Source: Trichoplax adhaerens (lineage: Eukaryota > Animalia > Placozoa). Taken from it: a DNA stretch of 64,000 bases. The translations under genes were made by a program, and so were the position numbers. Each line of letters starts with the position of its first letter. The stretch's first letter is position 1. The stretch covers positions 1,288,911 to 1,352,910 of the forward strand of contig NW_002060944.1 of NCBI RefSeq assembly GCF_000150275.1, written 5' to 3'. The notes below the pieces were generated by a model. It saw only the letters and a program-made list of their open reading frames with translations. It was not told where the DNA came from and made no database searches. Shown one piece after another: positions 38,661-49,348 of this stretch.

Positions 38661-41600
38661 TTATGTTAGATACTTTATGATCACATACATAAACAAGCAG
38701 CACACTATAACTCCAGCGATAAATATCCTGTAATCCTATACAAAAATTTAAAATAGAAAATTAAACGAAATATTTATGTGTTAGATGTCATAGAGTAATC
38801 ATAACTCTTTCAAAAGGTGATAGTGTAGAAAGCAATAGTTAATCATTAACAAAAGTACCAAGATAAAAATATTTACCATTACCGTTGAATCCAATAAGAT
38901 GTAATGACAATACAACGGTAATGCCAACATCACTTAAAAAAATAGAGGAATTTTAAGGTATCGTTTTGTACGTTACCTGAGCAGCTCGTTTATTGATCAT
39001 TCTCATGACGGTCGTGGATAATCCTAACGTATTGCCGATATCTAATAACCTTTTATGGGTATTCTAGTAGGTAGTGATGGATGCATAATCAGAATTTAGC
39101 GAAGCATTCTTTTATATCATGCTAATTAAGTACAGTTACAATTATCACAGCGGTAAAATAATAACGCGATAGCATTATTTACTTTTAATTAAATTTTCAG
39201 GGCGCAGAATTGAGTTAAATAGAGTGATATAAATTTTTGGAAAATAGAGAAATCAGCAGATTGAATATTACTGTATCTACCTTTAGAATGCTTTTTTGGT
39301 TATTAATATCCGACATGATATTTGCACCAGAAGTAAGCAAATCGTCCATTTGTCGATTTGCATTTGTCAGTGATCGATTATGTAATAAAGAATTGTCCAT
39401 ATCGATAGCTGTCTCTTGCTGAAATGGATAGAAAGGATAATGTAATCTGCTTATTACTTAATTACCTAACTGAGATGTACGGTAATAATGAAAAGACTAC
39501 GTTGAAAAAATATTATAACTAAGCTAAATACATACATTGGTTTTATAGTCTTGGGATAAGAGTTCTTCTCGCTCTCTAGCCTCTCGCTGCTAGAAATATA
39601 ATAATAAGAAAAGATGTTAGAAAATTATTGAAGAAGAATGGTAATGATTTTATAAGAACCCATTTATTGCAATTAAAATGACAAATTGAGAACAGGGCCC
39701 ATTCATTTTATTGCTATTAACTTAAAGAAGATCTACCTTTGTTTCTTTAGCTTGAAGATATTGATTATATCCAGATTGTAAGTGTTTGTAATCATATACC
39801 ACTTGATCTATTCGGCTATCATAAGAGATGAATTTGAGGTTACAATTATCTTATCAAGAATAGCTTTAATACGGTTGAAATTATCAGGGATTCGATTTGA
39901 CTAAGCTACGATTATTTGCAGATGTCTGCATATTACTAACTTGGAGATAATACGAGAATAATATTAACAATTTTATTATAATTATTGATAACTGGATATT
40001 AGGCCAATCCAGAAAGCGCATAATTTAAAATTATCATGCTTAGATAATTCCATATCATCCTATATTACACTATCGTCAATCCTTTAAGTTTTTAACCGTT
40101 ATTTAAACTTGGAGGGACTAATGATAATGTAATTGTCACGATATTAATTCTTGTTATGTGCAAATTAATTTCTAGTTGGATGTGATAATGGACTATGACA
40201 TGATTATGTTTATTATGATATTTAATTTAGCACCAACCTTACTCATTATTGAGTTATTATTAATTTTGAGTCTCTTAAATGATTTAGTAGTGCGGATTCT
40301 CTAGGTCTTAATTGATCGTTAATTGACTTATATTAATTAAGGTTGTCTACTGTTAGATTCTATAATGTGTTATATTATAAATTTATCTTTCATTCTAATA
40401 CTAATGTAAGTAAAATTGTAGAACCGGCATATTTCAACAATGCCCCATTAGTTTATGGCAAATGTATACAAGCTAATGTAACGTTTTGATTGCTCAGTTA
40501 CTATCTCTTCGTTGTACACGAAGGTTCATACTATTTGTATATATACACTTAGAATAAAGACTCTTAAAAAGCTTAACAAACTTCTAGCCACTTATAGTAC
40601 TTGTGAGACAGTAGTCAGTCTAATTCAGAGTATTACTTTATCTCCTTAGTTGGTAGGAGCTCGCTAGGTAGCTAGTAAAATAGTTTAGTCGGATCACAAA
40701 GACAAATTTGTGACAGTAATATAGCAAGATATGGAATTGTCTAAGATTGACATTTTTTAACATTCTGCAATCTGATCCGGCCTACTGGATATGTTCTAGA
40801 CGCATACGTGTATCTAAATAAATTCAGTTACTATATACAGAGCAGATATTAAGGCAAAAGTTTTACTCTCTCTAAATGATATCCAGTTCCCCAAATTTTA
40901 GAGCAACGGTAATTAAAATTTGGAACTATGTATGTGGTTAGACAGTAGCGGTATAGTAATGTTTGTAATGGAAATTAGAATTGGCGATAGTACTTCGTCT
41001 CATAGGGATATACTGTATGATTGCCATTATACTTTTAAACTTCGGAACTGGCTTTATTACAGGCTTACTAAAATGCTATAGTCAATTAATATATAGATGG
41101 CTAATCTATCCATTGTAACAATTATTACAATCGGTGCAGGATAATTATTAATCAGTTATTAGAATTACTGTATCAAATCCATTCCTTACTATTTTACATT
41201 TTGGCGTTGAGCTGCAGGCAACTTGGAAACTTGAATTTGTAATTTTTCACAATTTGTGGATAATTGCTGGAGTCGGCAAGTAATGCCATTTTCACTAACT
41301 GATTTAATAATCCAAGAGTGAGATCGAGTTTTATACCCACAATCGTATGATCATAAGACAGTATATCGATTGATTAAATGTGGCTAACAATATCATTACG
41401 CGAATAAGGAATTATTTGACTAAATAGGAGGGCAACATCACTTAGTACGACAACTGACGACGCAATCAATTTCCTATAGATAGCTACATAGCCATGGAAA
41501 TAGCAATAAAATTGTTGTGTACACATGATACAATAGTTTACTATCACTAGATACCTTTGGCTTGCTCATCGTCTTGGTAGGCAATTTGCTGAAGATAACT

Positions 41601-41999
41601 TTGAATTTCATGGATTAATCTATGATCGACACGTATAATAATGTAGAGTTAGTCCAATCACTTATTCGGAAACATTCCTACGAATCATTTACTTTACAAC
41701 TTAGCTATATCAAAGATAAAACTAGTGGAATTGTTGGAGTAGTACCAATATACCTATAGTATTGAATCATAAAGTAAACGATACTTTAAGAGATAATTCT
41801 ATACAAATTTGTATAGAAATAGCTGATAAGGTATAGGAAACATTTTAACTGCGATACAGTGATCTAATCTCTCAAGTCTCAATTTCAATATATGTCTGGA
41901 TAGTGTCACCATCATAACCATAATAAATAGCAATTTCCCCTTTGGTTTTAGAGCGTATAAAAACAAATACCTATTGGTTTGATTTAGTAGAATATCCAT
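38661..41999 (-). CDS. GOSR2: Golgi SNAP receptor complex member 2 (membrin/Bos1, Qb-SNARE), 8 exons, ~211 aa
   Basis: Exons (minus) 41999-41971, 41619-41555, 41298-41190, 39815-39737, 39589-39536, 39418-39281, 39063-38977, 38735-38661 (636 nt). Kozak gcagccATGG. Motifs RIDQ..YD, REREELL, MDDLL.SG.NI, NQKSILK, LLDIGNTLGLS.TVMRMI.KRA.QD, and a C-terminal TM ending KYLT*. Confidence 0.93.
40134..40715 (+). mobile_element. Solo LTR (582 bp) in GOSR2 intron 3, antisense to the host gene
   Basis: TGTCAC...GTGACA termini. TSD GTAAT at 40129-40133 and 40716-40720. TATA-like tatatata followed by AATAAA (~40538-40558). Terminal hairpin tcacaaa...tttgtga resembles the family A end. Confidence 0.8.
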
Positions 42000-42311
42000 G
42001 GCTGCTATGGATTGATAAATGAAGCTCAGAATGCAAGCGAAGATGTTGTAAATGTCAATCAGAAGGAATAATCGAATGGCTTGCGATGAAAATTTCTCCA
42101 ACTTGCCAATTGCCCATCGATCGATCTTGCAATGGAAAAGTGCCACGATTGCACTACAGTGCGTTGTTGTTACAGTAGACAATATTTATAGTACTGTAGG
42201 TTTTTAGTAATGCTATTCCATTCAGTTTATCGTTGGCTATACTGAAAGCTGTATTTAGAGTTCATTAACGGCCATGGTATGGAAAGCAGTTGATTGATAT
42301 GGGAACTTTGG

Positions 42312-42356
42312 ACTGTAACACCCCTACTGTACACTGTACCGTATAGTACAGTACTT
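42312..42356. repeat. TACTG/CAGTA cluster between the GOSR2 start and tRNA-Leu
   Basis: ctactgtacactgtaccgtatagtacagtac. Confidence 0.6.
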
Positions 42357-42417
42357 CGCTGAAAGCTGTTACGTGGTTGATTTAAAAGACAAAAAATTCC
42401 CATCCTATCTAAGGTAT

Positions 42418-42539
42418 GTCAGGATGGCCGAGCGGTCTAAGGCGCCAGACTCAAGACTCAATATGTCTTCTCGTAATATAGCGCGAGAGAGAATTCTGGT
42501 CCACGTATGTGGGCGTGGGTTCGAATCCCACTTCTGACA
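42418..42539 (+). tRNA. tRNA-Leu-CAA: tRNA-Leu(CAA) with a 38-nt intron (42456-42493)
   Basis: GTCAGGATGGCCGAGCGGTCTAAGGCGCCAGACTCAAG-[intron]-TTCTGGTCCACGTATGTGGGCGTGGGTTCGAATCCCACTTCTGACA. A and B boxes, acceptor stem, long variable arm, intron at canonical position 37/38. Confidence 0.97.
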
Positions 42540-42547
42540 GGGCCTAA

Positions 42548-42556
42548 TTTTTTTTC
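42548..42556 (+). terminator. Pol III oligo-dT terminator of tRNA-Leu
   Basis: T9 run starting 9 nt after the tRNA 3' end. Confidence 0.85.
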
Positions 42557-42975
42557 CCATTCCTTGCTATGAATGCCTCTGTCCTTTTTGATGAATTATT
42601 AGTCGCTAGTCAACTCCGTGTTGTCATTCTTTCCTCCGTGAATATGATAAAAAAAACTTTCAAACTAACTACAGTAAGCAGTACATATTCCAGTTTTCGA
42701 CCTCACAGGAATAGGGATACTTGGAGGAAAATTCTTACAGCAAATCCTGGCTGGGCCTGTGAGCTTGACGAGCTGTATAGCGTCCCTTTTTGTACTTTGA
42801 TTACTGTATGGTGTACTCGGTAACTAACCATAACTCAACGAGTTAACGTAATGATTCAATTCTATTTTCTGTCTTATGATTGCTGGTACACAATGCTTGC
42901 CGAATCCCTATGTGCAAGTCAACAATTCCCGATGATGACTAGAGGAGAATTCTGCATCAAAGTAATGCACTCAAG

Positions 42976-43620
42976 CTACTGGACTGTGTGTACTACTTTG
43001 TATACTGTACTGTACTGTACTACAGGGTACAGTGCAGTAGCTGCTCGGTCAATAATTCTCATTGTTGGCAAAACTTTGGCGAAATAATGTATTAGAATTT
43101 TTTACAGTAATAGAGGATTATTATATATGTACACTTAGAAGAAGGTCTCTAGTGATTAGTTACGGAGTCAAACAAACCCCTTATTGGACGTATAATATTA
43201 AAATTGATGTCGAAGACACGATCTCTATTTCGACAAAATTGGCCATTTTATAGGCTACGTACTATTACAGCCTACTACCGTCAGTAGTCATTAAAGGAAT
43301 CATTCTGCTATACTGTACTGTATGAATTGCACAGTTTGCAGTACAGTGCAGGGTGGAAGGGTGGACGGGCTAATATTTATGGATTTTTGTGAAAATGAAA
43401 TATACTGTATTACAAATTTGATCTTATAACAGATTTCGTATCAGTCGATAGAGAAAGAGTTGATTTACATGAATCCGCCATTAAAATACTTGTACAACGT
43501 TAGTACATTTCTTCGTAATTACTCATTAAAGAACGAGAATTGCTACAGTACAAAGTAAAAATGAATTTTGACAGTGTACAGTACATTACATTCTCAACTA
43601 TACAGTGTACTGTACAGTAT
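42976..43620. repeat. TACTG/CAGTA clusters upstream of LAMTOR2
   Basis: tatactgtactgtactgtactacagggtacagtgcagta (~43001-43040), tatactgtactgta (~43309-43322), gcagtacagtgcag (~43338-43351), cagtgtacagtac and tacagtgtactgtacagta (~43572-43619). Confidence 0.7.
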
Positions 43621-43753
43621 GTTAGAAAATTCGGGAAGCTTGATATTGCAGGCCGCATTAACTTTCCTTTACTGTTAATAAATTATTTGGGTGGAAATCG
43701 TATTTGGATCATCTTTTCATTGGATTCCACAATTTTAGAGTTGATTAGCAGCT

Positions 43754-44874
43754 ATGAATGATTATGATAATGAAGTATCATCGCCTTGTATGCTTAAAAC
43801 CAAAGTTTTACACGAAATTTTGAATGAAGCTCACAGTTCTGATATCGTTGGAATTGTGTAAGTACGAGAACATAGTAAGCGTAATATTGTACTTGGTTAA
43901 ATGTCTTGTTCAACAGCAACTTTTTTATTTTATCTTATGTGTACTTCTGGCGAAATAGGATAGCCATAGTGATTTGTGAATTCATTTCATCAAGTTTAAA
44001 ATGAAGTATTGATTAAGATATTCAAATGCCTATACTGATTCATGAGTTCATTTTAATCTTGTTTTAAATTGATTATTGATTGAGATTTTCAATCTTGAAA
44101 CTGTGATATTAATCTTTTGCAGCCATGGGTAGTTCATTACCATCACGTTTAAAAGGAATGATAGTGTATAGTTAATGAATTAGGCATTGCTGTATAACAC
44201 GAAACATATTAATATTCTGTCTGTTTATAGGCTTATGACATTAGAAGGATCATTAGTTGCTTATACCAATCGAAATACAGATGAAGATTCAACTTCCTCT
44301 GCAGCTATTGCATCAAATATTTGGTCCTCCTATGTACACCTAGGTCAAATGGTATTGTATTCTGATGACTTAGACATGATTATGATCGATGGAAAGGTAT
44401 AGCACAAAAATTTTTCATTGTTAATTTAATTTGTTTTACACCTAAACGATGATAGAATGGCCACGAATGCATCTTTCCCGATAGCATTATGATCAGTCCA
44501 ACTTATTTCTGATATTAAAATAATGGGTTATAACTGTAGGATGGTCAGGTTGTCATCTCTAACGCTGCCAACATGTTGTTATGCATATTTGCCAAGCCTT
44601 CGGCCGCTATGGGTTTAATTAAAGCAAAGGTTAAGAAATGCAGGCCTTTTTAAACCAAGAGATTGATGAAATTGTTATTATTATAAATTTATGGTCTAAA
44701 TTTCTAAATTATTTAACAAGATTATCTATGAATATTTACAGTTGCATATAGTTGTAATCGTGATATCTACGACGTAAGTTTTACTAACATTACTGTTTTT
44801 ATATCTTACTGTAGGCACAAATACTTTGCCGCCATCTAGATAAGCCTTTAAGAAGCTTAAAACAGCAAGGGTAA
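43754..44874 (+). CDS. LAMTOR2: Ragulator complex subunit LAMTOR2 (p14, roadblock domain), 4 exons
   Basis: Exons 43754 (or 43790)-43857, 44231-44396, 44540-44629, 44815-44874. MLKTKVLHEILNEA, EGSLVAY, AAIASNIW..Y, ANMLLCIFAK, GLIKAKAQ.L...L..PL match LAMTOR2. Confidence 0.9.
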
Positions 44875-47099
44875 TAATCGTCCATTGCAATATCGATCAT
44901 TGATCAGTCTTGGTATGACGAACAACTAGTGATCATGTTTCTACTGAATAGCTATTAAATATTATTGTGTAAATTTACTTATGATTGAAATAACTTTTAA
45001 AGAATTTTCTTGCATTATATAATTATTATTACTGCACGGCGTATAAGTTTTTGTTAGTAAGAAACCCGTTCAGGTAATTAGCTAAATACATTTTTCGTGA
45101 CAATGTATTGAAGATAACCATGATTATCATTAACTGTTGATTTTAGACACTAGATCAAAATAGCTTCGGTACAATAAGCTATTTTTTTCTTTACCTGTAT
45201 GATATTGTAAAGTTATAATATTCTGTATAATAAAGGAAGCTGACTATTCATAATTTTCCTGATGTTGTTTAACAAAAATGAGCGATGGAAATTGTCGTAG
45301 TGAAAAGATGTCGCTAATTTAAATTTATAATTTTATGTTTACTCAAGCATTAATGAATAAATATAAATTTTATTTGCGGCATGTCTGAATGGAAGTAGTG
45401 CTTTACTCTAAACGAACGCATTTAATCGTTTCCATTCCATCAACTGCAAGTGCAAGTTTTACTACCTTGGTTACTCTCATTGGCTTAGTTACTATATGAA
45501 GTCAATATTTTATGCTCTAAATGTCTGCAACTTTTTTAGTGTGTCATACGAGAATTGACCTACTTACATATTTCTAGATTAATAATTCTTTTAATTCTGG
45601 AATACTAGTACCGTCTCCATACTGCAATTACTCATAAATCTTCTAACTTCCTATCCATACAATCATGAATACGTATATACCTGTTTTGCATGGTATATTT
45701 TATCGATCAATAATTATAGTTATCGGATCTGCAATGTTTATGTCCAATAAATTATTTAAGAGAACATGATTAAAGTAAAATTTGGATTCTTGTAATTTCT
45801 GCCTTGGCTGAATATTCTGCTGGTCTAGGAGCAGATACTATTTCTTACCGACAACTTTTGCTTTTATGAAATTAGATCAATTAGCATATTTTTGCGGCAA
45901 TAGCGTCCCATTTGAAAGATAGTAATGTAGGTGAAAATCCTTCCTGTATTCCATTCTTATATATTACAATACGCTATGTTTGATTCGTACATGCTAAAAG
46001 ATATGCCTTTTATGTATCGTACAGTACAGCTTTGCATCCTTACAAATTATACATCTAGTTTTATTTTCTGACTTGATTAATTTATTTCATTAGCGATATC
46101 AATCATAGTTATCTATTTCTGCATCCTAAACTTCTCTCTACAGAATTCTCTAACGTAATATTTAAATAGAATCTTGAGAACTTAAAGCAGCGTTAAAGCT
46201 ATATAAATAAAATATAGCCGCCTAAATCAGCAATATTGTTACCAATAGCAATTGTAAATGAAGCAGTTATAACTTATAGGATATTAGTTACCGATGACGA
46301 ACTAGAGACTGAAATAGCAAAAAACTTAATATGTTCATAGATACCAAGTAAAGCTACTAATTATTAAATCATGGCATTTTTCGCTACCCAGCTGTTGACT
46401 TCAAAAATACTGTTATCAAGATATAAAATGAGCAATGACATATTTTGCGATCGGTTTGAACGATTGATGTTGTCTTGCTGTCCTAAGTAACCCGAAGTGG
46501 TTGCTTCTAAATGGTACAACAGATTTGCATATGACTGTATTAATTACTGGCATAAATACTATATTGACATTGTTCAGAATGCTATTAATTCAATATCTGG
46601 GTCCCTTTATTACAATGCTCACAGGATTTGAGACAAAACGACGGAAATATTACACAAAGTTGATATCGCTCTGCTAGTTGACAACCGAGAGTATAGCGAT
46701 CAAAACAATTCACCTTAGCTTCAGGTGTACGCTATATTGGCTACGATCGCTGTCGTTGTTTTCTTAATTAATAATCATTGTAGTATATTATATTCCGGAG
46801 ATTGCCTACGGGGAGGTCAAAGTAGAATGCATATAAATATAAACAAAATTCGTAAGTAAGATTGACCTTCTACCTCTGAGAATGATGACTATATTAATAG
46901 ACTAGTATAAATTACTAGTGACGTAAGGATCACTGCTTCCATTTTGAATTGAAAAACGAAGAAGTTGTTAATGCAAAGTACGGTAAGAAGCGGTAACCCT
47001 TATTATTTTTAATATTATATGCCACACCATTTGCAGTGATATATTCACTATATTATTTTCTATCGATATAACGTACCCGTTGGGAAATAGGTTTTCCAC

Positions 47100-49348
47100 A
47101 TGAGCCAAGAATCACAACAGCCTGTGATCAACCAACAAACAAGAAAACTTCTTGAAGGTAATAAATATTCCTGGATTATGGGAAGTTAAAACGGAGTAGT
47201 AGTGCCATTCTAAATGCACTAACTTAGCTATGACTGTGCCCTATTCAATCCTACTGTAACCAATTTATGTAAAGATGAAAATACCTTCGCACAGATTGGA
47301 TTCCCCATTTATTGCGTCAAATCATTTCCTGATTTCTTCATGTTTCATAGATCTTTTTCAATTCCTTTCTTGTGCATTGCCGTTTCATATACAACTAGCT
47401 GGCCAAGCTAGCTTAAAACGGTTAGAACTGATCAATAGATTGAAGGATGTTTTATCTGACCATAGTTCAATTGATGACGAAGAACAACAGGTTATATGCA
47501 TGTTTATTAAAAATTGCTTCTAATTTAAAGTGATTTTAGCCGTCATCTCTTCTAAAAATGTTGCTACTCTGCAATTTAAAAATTATAAACTCAATTATGT
47601 TAATATCTGTATTTCTATTCATTATATAATAGCCAACGATTACATGTTCATCTTCTGACAGTACTAATCAATGTAAGTATTAAAAATATCGAAAGTAGCT
47701 ATCCCCTTTGCTAGAAATGCGAAACAATCTTGCTAAGAAAAGCTGTAATGCTAACTTTATTAAACATTAAAAATATTCAATAATTAAAGGAAATAACATT
47801 TTGGAAGCGGATAAATTTTGAGCTATGCTTAACTGCGGTATCTTTAAAAGCTATACTCTAAGTAAATCTTTAATTTAGTATTCGTTATGAATTCAATGTT
47901 AAACAGTATCCACAGCACCACATATGTGACTGAGATTGAAGGTTACTAAGCTTTAGAATTTTTCGTATCGGTATATACTGATTATTAGAAGCCAATCATT
48001 GTATGGTATATGATAACTACATATCATTATAATATAAAAAGGGATTGAAACGAGATGATCGAGAAAATCACTTCAGTTATCGATTGTTGTATTTTAATAA
48101 CTTATACTGATAATGGCCTCCAGTAATTAAGTATCAATAAAAGCAAAAATTTAGTCAGTTAAGACCAATCACTATCACCCTATTTGAGAAAATTGTTTCT
48201 AAGTAATATTTGGCTACATTACGGTTATTGCGCTAAAATTCAGTTGACAATACATAACTATTACTATTTGAATACAGTATTTGAACTACTGTTATTCTAA
48301 AGTATAGCTACTAAGAAAACTCTTACGTTAAAAGTCAGTAGATAATGGATCGATGTATTACTTTTCAAATAGCTTACTATTCTTTTTAACGAATTTTTTT
48401 CTTTAAGCTAGTAATCAATGATATTTTTTCACTCTTTTTATTTTAAATAAAAACACAAAGCGTAAATTTTATGCTATTTAATGAAGTCAATTTTAATTTA
48501 ACGCAATATCCTTCGTTAAAACGTACGCATAATTTGATGGTGTCATTTATGTGCTGATAACTATTAGTAAGTCGTGATAGCGGATCCAGCCAAAGAAGTT
48601 CCAATGCTAGCAACATCCAAGGTAACTCAAATTGTAACATATTCGATTTAGAGGCTGCAATGGAATTCTTGATTTGTGTGTTTAATTAATAATTGTTGGT
48701 ATCTCTCCTGTATAGAAGAGATCTTTATAAGTATTAGCGTATAAAATTAGCGATATAATATAATTTCGACGATAAGAAAAAAACAATACATGGTCACTTA
48801 TCAGATTCGAAAGGATCGAAAGTCGACCAATGAGTTAATTTAGCATAAATATGTGACAGAATTTATTTTTAAATTAACAAATTTATATTATGCTCAATTT
48901 GAAATTTAAAGCTAAATCTGTCATAAGATAGCATTAATCAGTTCATTTTACTAAGATCTATTTACACGTTTTAAATATGAAGTGGTAAAATAATTTATCA
49001 AATTCTGTTTACACAAAATTTAGCTCAGTGTATCTAAAATGTACAGAACTATTTAAAATGAGTTGACACCATTCGAAAGGTTCATATTAATTTAAAGCAG
49101 AAACTGTTATGTATTTCATTAATCTAGCGACTCTCCATCAAGATGGAACATTTTTATCAGAAGGATTAGGTGCCAAAAATCGATACAAGGCTGAATATGA
49201 CCATGCAGGCCGCGATGATACTGAATTAACATTTGTTAAGAACGAAATTATTTCAATTGGCCATAAATTAGACGAAAATTGGTGGATTGGATTGAAAGAT
49301 GGTATAATTGGTCTGGTTCCTAGTGCTTTCCTCCGGCCTACATGGTAA
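47100..49348 (+). CDS. Small SH3 adaptor with SKAP-like N-terminal helical dimerisation segment, ~170 aa, 5 coding exons
   Basis: Exons 47100-47157, 47351-47490, 47633-47672, 48568-48621, 49128-49348 (513 nt, phases consistent). C-terminal SH3 YKAEYDH...ELTF...I...DENWWIG...IGLVPSAFL is clear. The linker exons are less certain. Confidence 0.75.

Noticed and set aside
41799-42182. 127-aa minus ORF
   Set aside because: Only MDILLNQTNR (GOSR2 exon 1) is real; the rest is UTR and intron read-through from a non-ATG start.
46625-46982. Extra N-terminal coding exons for the SH3 adaptor
   Set aside because: Exon-like segments have stops or incompatible phases with the 47091 exon; at most 5'UTR exons.
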